Positions 28,301 through 40,254 of a stretch of DNA of 64,000 nt are shown in pieces. The translations under genes were made by a program, and so were the position numbers. Source of the DNA: the human T2T-CHM13v2.0 reference genome, Homo sapiens. Numbering within the stretch: position 1 is the stretch's first letter; each line of letters opens with the position of its first letter. The notes beneath the pieces are model-generated. The model had not been told where the DNA came from, made no database searches, and saw nothing but the letters and a program-made list of their open reading frames with translations. The stretch lies in the NCBI RefSeq assembly GCF_009914755.1, contig NC_060928.1; one strand, given 5' to 3'.

Positions 28301-30334
28301 TTAGTATTCACATATATAATTATTCTTCAGCTTCGCTCTTCCACACTTTATGATGATTTGTCACGACTGCCTCATTTTAAAGAGCATCAGCTCTTCTTCA
28401 GCCCCTTTCTGGCTCCTAAGGAGCTAAATATTAATTCTGATACTTAATTTCATTCAGACCAAATGATAACACCACCAATAAGTGTCAAAGGAACTTAACA
28501 CTTGAGGAGATAAAAAGGAATAAAATAAAATAAAGGGCAGAAATTAAATCTGAATGATTTCTTCAATTCAACCGGCACACAGAAAACAAAAATCACTAGA
28601 ATTAGAATCGGAACAGCAAGAAATGTTTCAGTATTTTTTTTCCTACCAAAATATTCAGTTACCAAGAGGAAAATAAAGGGCTTATCTGTTAACTATTTTT
28701 TGGTGTATTAGTCGCAGTGAAAATGGGCAGATAGTAGAAATCATTATTACATTCTGCTACTATTTAAGGTTTGAAAGCCATTGTGATCTTTGGCAGAGAA
28801 ATCTGATCTATTTCTCACACCTGGAAAATAAGCAAGCAGTGTGTTACCCACTAAAGATATAACTTCTGTTCTTTCTTCTAGTATATTACCAATATCTTCT
28901 TAATAATCTACTGTTATTCTAAATAACAAACCTTTAATTTTTAGGAATTAGCATCTACAATTACTTCTGCCAAATCCACCTTTAGTATACATGATGCATT
29001 CCAATACAAGATTAATGATTATGCTTGTTAAAGAATAAAATTATTTTGGCATGGCTCAGATGAAGATACTCATTTATTCAAGGCTTTCATAGTTATGTTA
29101 AAAACACAGAAATTGATTTTTTAAAAATTAAAAATATGATTATGGTCATGGTGATTAAGAAAGAAACAAGAACAAATATTAAACATGTACATGTACATAT
29201 ATTAAGTGTACATTTGTACACACTGATAAAAATACATTTTTTCAATGAATGGTCCTATTTAAGATTTGAGTATGCAATAAAATTTCATTTTATGCCAACT
29301 TTTCAAAGTGTGAATGCTGTGTAGCTTGGGTCATAGTTCAAACTGGATTTTGATAACTACATTTTCTTGCATAAGGTATAATATTAACACGAGCAATTCT
29401 AAATTCTATATTTAGAACAGTACAGTTTTTTCTGATTTTTTGCTTCAGGTCTTAATACTTCCTATTTTATAATAATCTGCACTCATGGGAAATTCCTAGG
29501 TTATATACATATATATATAAGAAAACTGGTCTTCAGCTATATATTATTTGTTTTGTTTTGTTTTTGTTCTTAATGTTTGTCTGCATGAGACCAACAACAA
29601 AGTAAAGAAACAAAAGGTAAACTATTATAAATTACCGATGCACTCCTGAAATTCTGAGTTAAAGCATTTAACTCAAAAGAAATGCACTTTGACTTTTTTT
29701 TTTAAAGTTTGCTGTGAATGTTATCAACGAAAATCAGAGGGAAGAAAAAGCTCCAAGCTGGTGTGATTATAACACACCATCAGTGAAAGTCATATTTCCC
29801 ATCCTTGACTGCCAAAGGTGTAAATGAGCATCTGAGGCTAGTGCTAATTACAGCAATCTAAAGACAGAAACTGCTGTTGTTAAATCTAGGAAGCAAGTGA
29901 AATCCAGCATTGATTTCCAAAGTGTGTAATTTTAGAACTCCTTTCTGTGATACTATTTGTTTGATCTTTCCAGTGATCGTTCACATTTAAATCACCCATC
30001 TAAACAATTTTATTTAAAACTGTTTTTAAGGCATGTATAAATACTAATTTGTAATTAATATCAGCATAAAGATATTTTTAAGTATTAATGTTTTTTGGTG
30101 TGATGTCTAATGGTCCAAGTTAAGTGGATATTAAAAGAATTTTACTGATAGCCTTTCAAAAAATTGAAATTCTGTAAAAAACATGTAATAATTTTATCAA
30201 CGATGTATTAAGTTGCAGATATGGATGATAAACTTCGATTCTGAGGTTGAAGAAATGACATTGCTGAAGCATGTAAGAATATGTGCCTTTCTTTTTTCTT
30301 TTCTATCTTTCCCCTACAAGTAGAGGAAGCAGGA

Positions 30335-30550
30335 TACCGTAGTAGAGTAGAGAGAAACATGGGCTCATGAAATAGAGTGCCTGAGTAAGTGACTCATTCT
30401 TTTGAAGTCTCAGTTGCCTAACTAGTAAATAAACATAAGAGCTTCTTTAATGGGGTTATTATGATGATGAAGTGAGCTATTCCATGCATAATATGAAAAC
30501 AACATACCTCACATGTAATGACTCCTAATTATTTTATTGTGATTACTGTA
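30335..30550 (+). mobile_element. MIR
   Basis: 'cctgagtaagtgactc...gtctcagttgcc...ggggttattatgatgatgaagtgagcta'. Confidence 0.6.
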
Positions 30551-30994
30551 TTGACATAAAAGCTTTTCTGTATTGACTCATTCTTTCTCCTCTCCTCAAA
30601 TCTGTGTTACTTTTCTTTATCTTAAAAACCTGTTCTGTTGGCAAATGACCTACATTATGTCTCATTCTCTTTTTTCCTTCTACTGACAAGCTTCTTAATT
30701 AAATAATTTGTAATGATCATTATTGTAGTAGATTCCACACATTTTCACATAAACATATAATTATCCATATTTATAAATATGGGCTTATATTAACCTGTAT
30801 CTTTTTGCCATGACTCTTGTCACTGAAATATATGTTTGAATATCTTTACTGATCAGCAAGTTTGGAACTCTATTGTTATTTTTAATGGCTACATAATTAT
30901 GGTACCACAGTTTTGTTATTATAATTTTCCAATACCTCAGTGGATTTGTTATATTTTTTCTGCTTTTGTTTATTTGCTGTTTCCTCTAATGGAA

Positions 30995-31104
30995 AAGCAG
31001 TACAGTATAGTGCTTTGAATCAAAAGCTCTAAATCTAGAGTGCTAGAGTATTAATCTGGCCCTGATCTTTAGTAGTTGAGTAACCTTGGATAAATTACTT
31101 ATTT
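30995..31104 (+). mobile_element. MIR 5' half
   Basis: 'gcagtacagtatagtg...ctggccctgatctttagtagttgagtaaccttggataaattactta'. Confidence 0.65.
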
Positions 31105-31289
31105 GTGATGAGCAGAAGGTTGTTGTTTGACATTATAATAAAAAATCAAGTTATCTGTTACATTTCTAGAGCTGACTAATTCTTACATCCATAAGTCATA
31201 ATTTAAAGGATAGGTCCAAGTGCCCAAGCTGAAGGACTCTGAGCTACTACTGCAAGTACATACAATGCATATATCCTATCTTTCCATTA

Positions 31290-32140
31290 CTATATACTGG
31301 AGAAAGGGGAATACCCAGCTTAGATACAGAGGATGACTAGCAAATTTGAACTGGCATTGATATCAAGGGAAAACGAGCCATTATAGCTCCCTGTGAAAAC
31401 AGAGATGGTTAGAAACCAAGTAATAAATTGAATATTGAGCCAATTTTGTCTAATGGGATTATTTCTGCTGTTTAGGAGTGCATATTTAGCATGTATATTC
31501 ATCACAGCTGGCAGTACCCTTTCATGAATCCTTCATCTAAAGAGTAGAGCTATCAGGATAGGAGAGGCTACGTGAAAGTCTGGAATCTGTACTCTCCACA
31601 TAGCCAAGAGGGTAAAACAGAATCAGTAACATATCCGAAAAAGCATTTCACAGATTAGTAACAACTTCATAGACTTAACAAATACAAGAGTGTTGGACTC
31701 AATGCTCCTATTTTAATTCACTTGTCTAACTTCTGCAAACGCTAGTTGATCTTATTGGATATTGGTTGATGACTGAATATCCAAGGTAAATAACTAAGGG
31801 GTAGCTCCAATCACAGTGGTTGTGGAGGAGGTGGTAACCTTATTTTAAAATATTACACATCTTTTGAGTACACTATTTGGCTATTTCTCTGCTAAATGTG
31901 TTTTTCTTTTCAATCTCCATCTGGACAGATCAAAAGCAGCTTAAATTCATCTGAGATAGAGAATAGTATACATGTATATAGGTATATCTTGCCAAGGAAT
32001 AAGCAGTATCTGCTTTTTGTCACAATAACATTCAAAGGAATTATAATTGTCTTGATACTTACCAAGAATATGACACTGGTAGTGTAATTGAGGGATTTAG
32101 AACTCCAACTTGCCATTGACATAAAATGGCAAGAACTCTG
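31290..32140 (+). mobile_element. Fossil ERVL-class pol, segment 1 (protease and RT N-terminal part)
   Basis: Degenerate codons track ERV-L Pol motifs in order: AIDLANAFFSIP ('ctatttctctgctaaatgtgtttttctttcaatctcc'), QKQFAF, LPQG ('atcttgccaagg'), ALCHN ('gctttttgtcacaat'), ITLVHYIDD-like ('atatgacactggtagtgtaattgagg'); many stops and frameshifts. Confidence 0.78.
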
Positions 32141-32149
32141 AAAGACGAG

Positions 32150-32513
32150 TGATATGGTTTGGCTGCGTCCCCACCCAAATCTCATCTTAAATTGTAATTC
32201 CTGTAATCCCCACATGTCATGGGAGGAACCCGGTGGGAGATAATTGAATAATGAAGGCAATTTCCCCCATGCTGCTCTCATGATAGTGAGTGGGTTCTCA
32301 TGAGAACTGATGGATTTATAAGCTTCTGGCATATCCTCTGCTGGCACTTATTCTCTCTCCTGCTGCCCTGTGAAGAGGTGCCTTCTGCCATTATTGTAAG
32401 TTCCTGAGGCCTCCCCAGCCATGCAGAACTGTGAGTCAATTAAGCTTATTTCCTTTATAAATTACCCAGTCTTGGGTATGTGTTTTTCAGCAGTGTGAGA
32501 ATGAACTAATAGA
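32150..32513 (+). mobile_element. THE1D-like solo LTR inserted at the L1 5' end
   Basis: 'tgatatggtttggctgcgtccccacccaaatctcatctt...ttataaattacccagtcttggg...gaactaata'. Confidence 0.93.
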
Positions 32514-33924
32514 GCAGGCTAGGCCATAAGGACTGCAACTCTTAAGAGAGTCTTAGTGCTAAACTAGGCCCAGATACAGTGGACTAGGGGAGCATGCAAC
32601 ATCTTGAAACACCGCTGGGGTGGCTAACAAAGTGATGACATCACCCCTCCCCTAACCCTAAGCTGCACAACTTGTGGCTCCAAAAGAGACCCTTCCTTGC
32701 ATTTAAGGACAGAGGAGGGAAGAATGAGGAGGGTTTTGTCTGCATCTGGGATACCAGTTCAACCACAGCAGGATAGGGCACCAATCAGAGTCTTGAGTCC
32801 CCTGTTCTGGGCCCTAATTCCTGAATGACATTTCTAGACACTCCCTGATCCAGAAGAGAACGTGCTGCCTTAAAGATAAAGACACAGTTCTGGCAGTATT
32901 TATCATCTGCTACCTGAAGAGCCCTTGGGCTGAATAACCAGGGCCCAAGAAGAGTGGGAAAGACTGTGTCTTGCAGTTTGAGTGTCAGTTCAGCCACAGC
33001 ACAATAGAACACCAGGTACACTTCTAAGGTTTTTGACTCTAGTCCCTGACTCCTGGACAGCACTTCTAAACCAACCTGAGACCTGGGGCACCTCAAAACC
33101 CTGAAGAGAAAGACACAGGCCTGGCTGGCTTTGCCACTTGCTGGTTGTTGGGGCCCATGACTCATGGATCTGTTGCCTACAAGAGACACACTTCACCTAT
33201 AAAGACACACAGGCTGAAAATAAAGGGATAGAAAAAGAAATTCCAGGCCAATGGAAACCAAAAAAGTGCAAGAGTCGCTATACTTACTTCAGTCAAAATA
33301 GATTTCAAGACAAAACTATAAGAAGAGAGAAAAAGTAGTGACCTTCTGTATAATGATGGTTTAATTCAGCAAGAGGATATAACAATTATATAATATAAAA
33401 AATATATACATATTACATGCACCCAACACTGCGGCACCTAGATATATAAAGCAAATATTATTGGAGCTAAAGAGAGAGATAGGCCCTGATACAATAATAG
33501 ATGGAAACTTCAACACCCCACTCTCAGCACTGGACAGATCTTCCAACACATTTCATCTGACAGTTGTAGAATACATATTCTTTTCCTGAAAACATGGAAC
33601 ATTCTCAGGATAGACCATATGTTAGGTCACAAAACAAGTCTTAAAACATTCAAAAAAATTGAAATAATATCAAGCATCTTCTCTGACCATACTGAAATAA
33701 AACTAGAAATTTATAACAAGATGAATTTTGGAAACTATATAAATAGATGAAAATTAAACAATATGTCCTGAATGGCCAGTGAGTCAACGAAGAAATTAAG
33801 AAGGAAATTGAAAAGTTTCTTGAAGCAAATGATAATGGAAACATAACATATCCAAAACCCATGGGATACAGCAAAAGCAGTGCTAAGAGAGATGTTTATA
33901 GCAATAAGTGCTTACATAAAAAAG

Positions 33925-34199
33925 ACCTGTAATCCCAGCACTTCGGGAGGCTGAGGTGGCAGATCGTTTGAGGTCAGGGGTTCAAGACCAGCCTGGCCAA
34001 CATGGTGAAACCCTGTCTCTAATAAAAATACAAAAAATTAGCTAGGTATGGTGGTGTGCACTTGTAATCCCAGCTACTCAGGAGGCTGAGGCAGGAGAAT
34101 CGCTTGAACCCGGGAAGCAGGGGTTGCAGTGAGCCAACGCTGTGCTACTGCACTCTAGCCCGGGCAACAAAGTGAGACTTCCTCTGTCTCAAAAAAAAA
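33925..34199 (+). mobile_element. AluS (Sx/Sz-like), 5'-truncated, inside L1 ORF2
   Basis: Begins at 'acctgtaatcccagcac'; L1 sequence resumes after the A-tail. Confidence 0.92.
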
Positions 34200-35785
34200 G
34201 GAGGAAAAACTTCAAATAAACAATCTAACAATATATCTTAAAGAATTAAAAAAGCAAGAGCAAGCCAAACTCGAAATTAGTAGAAAACATAATAAATATC
34301 AGAGCAGAAATAAATTAAGTTGAAATAAAAAATATACACAAAAGATCAGTGAAAAGTTGGTTTCTTGAAAAGTCAAACAAAATTGACAAATCTTAAGGCA
34401 GACTAAGAAAACAAAAGAGAGAATATACAAATGAATAAAATCAGAAATGAAAAAAGAGACATTACAACTGCAGAAATTCATGGGATCATTAGTGGCTACT
34501 ATGAGCAACTATACACCAATAAATTGGAAAATACAGAAGAAATGGACAAATTCCTAGCCACATGCTACCAAGATTGAACCAGGAAGAAATCAGAAAACTG
34601 AACTGACCAATAACAAGTAACAAGATTGAAGCCATAATAAAATGTCTCCTAGTAAAGAAAAGCCCAGGACCCAATGTCTCCACTGCTGAATTCTACCAAA
34701 CATTTAAAGAACTAGTACCAATTATACTCAAACTCTTCTTAAAAATGGAAGAGAGGAGAATACTTTCAAACTCATTCTATGAGACCAGTATAACCCTGAT
34801 ACAAAAACCAGACAAAGACACATTAGAATTAAAAAAAAGAAAAAAAAAACACTACAGGCCAATATCTGTGATGAATATTGATGTAAAGATCCTCAACAAA
34901 ATACTAGCGAACCATATTCAACAATATACTGGAAAATCATTCATCACAACCAAGAGGAGATTTATTCCTGGGATAAAAGGATAGTTCAGCATATGCAAAT
35001 CAGTCAAGGTGATACATCACATCAATACAATGAAGAATAAAAAACATATGGTCATTTGAGTTGATGCTTAAAAATTTGATTAAATTCAATGTCTCTTCAT
35101 GAGAAAACTAAAAATAAAATAGATATAGAAGGAACATACCTCAACATAAAAGCCATATATGACAGACTCACAGCTAGTATCAGACCAAATGGGATAAAGC
35201 TGAAAGGCTTTCCTCTAATATCTAGAATATGACAAGGATGCCCACTGTTACTGCTGTTATTCAACACAGTACTGGTAGTCCAAGCTAGAGCAATCAGACA
35301 GGAGAAAGATACAAATGTTGTCCAAATTGGAAAGGAAGAAAAATTATTCCTGTTTGTAGGAGATATGATCTTATATTTATACTAATCTAATGACTCCACC
35401 AAAAAAACTATTAAAATTGATAAATTTAGTAAAGTTGCAGTATACAAAATCAACATACAAAAATCAGTAGTATTTCTATATGCTAATAGTGAACAAAGAA
35501 AAAGAAATAAAAAAGCAATCCCATTTACAATAGCCACACATAAAATTAAATACCTAGGAATTAACCAAAGAAGTAAAAGATTTCTGTAATGAAAACTGTA
35601 AAACAATGATTAAAAATAAATAGAAGAGGACACCAAAAATTGGAAAGATATTCCATGTTCATGAATTGGAAAAAATCAATATTTTTAAAATGTCCGTACC
35701 ACCCAAAGCAAGCTACAGATTCAATTCAATCCTTGTAAAAATACCAAAGACATTCTTCACAGAAATACAAAAAATAATTCTAAAA

Positions 35786-35906
35786 TTTGTATGGAAGCAC
35801 GAAAGATGAAAAATAGACAAAGCTATTGGATATAGAACCAAAAAGGCCCAGAATAGCCAAAGCTATTTATATGGAACCACAAAAGACCCAGAATAGCCAA
35901 AGCCTA
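35786..35906. repeat. Three tandem copies of a 40-bp L1 ORF2 segment
   Basis: Units start at 35786, 35826 and 35866; consensus about tttatatggaaccacaaaagacccagaatagccaaagcta. Confidence 0.88.
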
Positions 35907-37491
35907 CGCAAAAGGGACAAAATTGGAAACATATTACCTACTTCAAATTATACTACAACACTATAGTAACACAAACAGCATGGTACTGGCATAGAAGCAG
36001 ACACATAGACCACTGCAACAGAATAGAGAACTCAAGAACAAATCCACATACCTACAGTGAACTCATTTTTGACAAAAAAAGCCAAGAACATATACCTCTA
36101 TCTCTCACCTTATACAAAAATCAGATTAAAATGCATTAAGGACTTAAATCTAAGAACTCAAACTATGAAACTACTACAAGTAAACATTGAGAGAGCGCTC
36201 CAGGACAGTGGGCTTGCCAAAAGTTTGTTGAGCAATACCTTACAAGCACAACCAACCATAGCAAAAATGGACAAATTAGACCACATCAAGTTAAAAAGCT
36301 TCTGCATAGCAAAGGATACAGTCAACAAACTGAAATGACAATCCATAGAATGGGAAAATATGTCTGCAAACTATTCATCTAACCAGGGTTAATAACCAGA
36401 ACACAAATGGAACTCTAAAAACTCTATAAAAAATTCAATATCTGATCAAAAAGTGGCAAAATATTTGAATAGACATTTATCAAATAAGACATACAAATGG
36501 AAAAGAGGCATATAAAAAGGTGTTCAACATCACTGATCATCAGAGAAATGCAAATCAAGACTACAATGAGATATCATCTCACCCCAGTTAAAATGGCTTA
36601 TATTCAAAAGACAGGCAATAACAAATGCTGGTGAGGATGTGGAGAAAAGGGAACACTCATACACTGTTGGTGGGAATATAAATTAGTACAGCCACTGTGG
36701 AGAACAGTTTGGAGCTTCCTCAAGAAACTAAAAGTAGAGCTACCCTATGATCCAGCAATCTCACTGCTGGTTATATACCCAAAATAAAAGAAATCAGCAT
36801 ATTGAAGATATATCTGCACTCCTATGTTTGTCGCAGCACTGTTTACAATAGCTAAGTTTTGGAAGCAACCTAAGTGTTCAGCAGAGGAATGGATAAAGAA
36901 AATGTGATATACACACACATGCACACACACACACACACAATGGAGTACTATTCAGCCATAAAAACAAATGAGATCTTGTCATTTGCAACAACATGGATGG
37001 AACTGGAGACTATTATGTTAAGTGAAATAAGCCAGGCACGGAAAGGTAAGTATTGCATGTTCTCACTTATTTGTGGGATCCAAAAATCAAAACAATTTAA
37101 ATCATGGAGATAGAGAGTAGAATGATGTTTACTAGAGGCTGGGAAGGGGAGTGGGGGTTTGGGGAATGTGGTGATGGTTAATGGGTACAAAATATATAGT
37201 TAAGGAAAAAATAAGTAAGACCTACTATTTGATAGCACAACAGGGTGACTATAGTCAATAATAATTGTACATTTTTAAACATCTAAAAGAGTGTACTTGA
37301 ATTCTTTGTAACTCAAAGGATAAAATGTTTGAGGGGATGGATACCCCATTCTCTATTATGTTATTATTTCACATTGTGTGCCTGTATCAAAACACCTCAT
37401 GTACCTTATAAAAATATGTATGTATATACTCATATACTATATATATGTGTGTGTATGTATATGTATATGTACTCACAGAAATAAAAAATAA

Positions 37492-37709
37492 ATAAAATGA
37501 CAAGTACTCTGGGTACTCTTGAGTGCATACCAGAAAATTTAGCGACATTTCACTTTAGACAAATTTTAAGGTGCCCAAAGATCTGGTCATTCCAAGATAT
37601 CCCTTCCAAGGTAATATCAGAAAAGAAATACAGCTTCTGCAGTCCTCTTAGAGTTTTGGACGTCAGTTTCCACTTTGCTTAGAAATATACCACCAAATTA
37701 TTTTATAGG
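37492..37709 (+). mobile_element. Fossil ERVL pol, segment 2 (RT C-terminal part)
   Basis: 'ccaagatatcccttccaaggta' reads QDIPSKV, matching ERV-L RDIPSKVK; continues from the L1 TSD. Confidence 0.68.
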
Positions 37710-38135
37710 TATATTAGTTTACTATTGCTTCTGTAACAAATTGCCATACATTTAGTAGTTTAAAATAATACATTTATTGTCTTACAGTGGCCCCAGATAA
37801 TTATTACTGGGTTAAAGTCAAGGTGTCAGTAGAGCTGGTTCCTTCTGGATCTTCTGAAGGGAGAACTTGATTTTTTGCCTTTGTCATTTCTTGGCTCCTC
37901 TTTATTCCTGGTTTCTCTTGATTCCATCATCACAACTTTTACTACTGATTTGATCTACCTGTCTCCTTTTTACAAGGACACTTTGGATTACATTTTCCAC
38001 CTACAGAGTGTCCTCATTGCTATATATTTACTTGAAAAATGTGTAAAGTTCCACTAATTTGTTATGTAACATAATCAGAGGTCCCAGAAAACAGAACATG
38101 AACATTTTTAGAGAGTCATTATTTAGCCTGACACA
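37710..38135 (-). mobile_element. MLT1C/D-like MaLR solo LTR
   Basis: 'tatattagtttactattgcttctgtaacaaattgcca...tcaaggtgtcagtagagctggttccttctgg...cattatttagcctgacaca'. Confidence 0.85.
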
Positions 38136-39200
38136 GTGGGTATCTCAGAGGACTGCCATTTTTATGAAGCCCAGAGAAAAACAAGGCTCTACAAATGTGC
38201 AAGCTCCAGTAAAAACTGCTCTGTCACTTATGTCATGTGATCCGAGATTCTTATCAAAATGTTAAGATTCTAGGAGTCCAGTAATCTGGGGAGTACAAGA
38301 TATCCCTTATGGAATAAAGTACAAGTTAACATACCTAGCACTCGCTATTAGTGAGAAAGATTCACCGTGATTATTGTGCTTTTCTGAATTTTAGAGCAGC
38401 ATTTATTCAACTGCAATTCTTCTTAGACTAATTTAGTGGGTAACTCAGAAAGTGCCAGATGGAAATGGAGCCCTGAGCAGAAGAGGTTTCTAAACAAATC
38501 TTTAGCTTTAAAAATCAAGGCCATGTTCTTTGATCAAGCTGTTTTTTTATAAAAAAAATATATTTTTGATATACTATTGAAATCTCAGCAACATTGAGCA
38601 TCTGAGCATAAAACAGCAAATGTTGATGTGGCTGGAGCTGCCCATCTTTCACTGAGTGCTATCAAGTCTACAAAACATAAGTTTGAGTGGGTAGAAAAAC
38701 AATTCACTACAAAATAGGACTGGTTTGTTTCTGATTGAGGTTCACATGGTCCAGATGGTATGGTATGAATAATTTACTTGTACAAATGGCACCTATGTCT
38801 GTTGCACTGATGCTTATCTTTTATTTTTACCAATTTTCCCTAAGTGGTTATCTATGGCTCACTGCGAGAAAAGAAAAACACAAGGGCTTGGTTCAAAGTT
38901 GGGTCCAAACAATGTACAGATTCCTGGCAGACAATGAAATGGCTGCTTTATTATAAACCCACTTGGGAGTGGCAGTGAAATATGAGTTAAGGGAAATTCA
39001 GTAGAGAAAGCTGTAAGAATATACTAGTGTATTCACTTTGTATGAAGGAGAAAAACATCTGAATTATAGAAACACACATGCTTCCTGGACAGTAATGAAT
39101 AGCCTGAACAGTTGTCCAGAAATCTTGAAACAATAGGATTAGAAGATCACAGAAAATGATTTGTGGAAATTTCTAAAGAGAGCACTAAGTATGTGGATCC
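38136..39200 (+). mobile_element. Fossil ERVL pol, segment 3 (connection domain and RNase H)
   Basis: Traces of EWGPEQEKAL, ELPI ('ggagctgcccatc'), RAWF.DGS ('agggcttggttcaaagttgggtcc') and DSWAVAN.L ('gcttcctggacagtaatgaatagcctg'). Confidence 0.75.
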
Positions 39201-39647
39201 ATGGAAGAAGCACCTGTCATTTGGTAGGGAGACTATCCAAGATTTATCTAGATGCTGCTGATAGATAGATACACCTAATGACACACTATCAAAAACATTA
39301 AGTTGTCATAGTACCATTTCAGGTTATCTCCCTGGACCCAACTTTTTAAATAGAACATTTATTTTAAATTTTTTATTAAGAAGTGGTCAGCTGATGCATG
39401 GTCCAGTGTTTGGGAACCTCTGCCTTATATTTACCGCAGTCTAGTATCAGTTCCTATCCTAACTGCCTTCTTCAGAATATACCTTAATTGTAGATATCCT
39501 AGGGATCTATTTTTTAAACCATAATGGTGATAACTGTTAGCCCTACAGTAAATGACGTTTGAATAATAGACAGAAAGTTGAGACCATTATTATTTAACTT
39601 GGGAAATAAATTTATTTTAATATATCTGGACATGAATGTGTTGTTTT

Positions 39648-39783
39648 AATAGGTTTATTATATGTAATACACATAACTTAGAATTGAGTGTACATTTAAT
39701 GTGTACAATTAAATTTTTTTGTATATTTACAAAGTCCAAGAACCATCACTACTACCTAATTTTAGAACATTTTGATTAACCCC
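39648..39783 (-). mobile_element. L1MB 3' end fragment
   Basis: 'tgtatatttacaaag...aaccatcactactacctaattttagaacatttt'. Confidence 0.65.
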
Positions 39784-40250
39784 GACACACCTTAGTCAAG
39801 TGATAAAGTTACATAATCAGTAACAAATCATATATTTATTGCATAGCTTCTTGAGATGAGCACATCACACCTATGGTATCCTTCCCAATAATGCATAACA
39901 ATCTAGTCACGAGAAAGCATCACAAAAACTCAAACAGGGCTATTCTACAAAATAGATGATCTGTTATTTTTCAAAATTGTCTAATAAAATAGGAGAGATA
40001 TCACAGATTGGAGGACAAATAAATTTAATAAGGGATCCTGGATTAGATGGTAAAACAGACAGAAAAAAGAAATTAGTGGAAAAACACATAAAAATGTGAG
40101 TAGTTCTGTATTTTAGTTGATAATATTGCACTAAGGTTAATTTCTTAGCTTTGACATATGGTCTATGTCTGTGTGAGATATATTTTTTGTTCTTGCTGTT
40201 GACATGAAAGAAAGTGAGTGAAGAATATATTAAAATGTCCTATACTATAA
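39784..40250 (+). mobile_element. L1MC-type 3'UTR fragment
   Basis: 'caccttagtcaagtgataaagtt...attctacaaaata...gggatcctggattagat...ggttaatttcttagctttgac'. Confidence 0.72.
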
Positions 40251-40254
40251 TAGT

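Larger units (their letters stand above)
32141..37491 (+). mobile_element. L1MA1-like LINE-1: partial 5'UTR, no ORF1, decayed ORF2, 3'UTR
   Basis: Endonuclease 'ICCLQETH', RT-region '[20 protein letters not shown]', L1MA1/2-type 3' end 'gaggggatggataccccattctc'; TSD ataaaatggcaagaactctg (32121-32140) / ataaaatgacaagtactctg (37492-37511). Confidence 0.93.

Noticed and set aside
33138-37190. ORFs with endonuclease or RT-like peptides
   Set aside because: They are broken pieces of decayed L1 ORF2, not a functional CDS.
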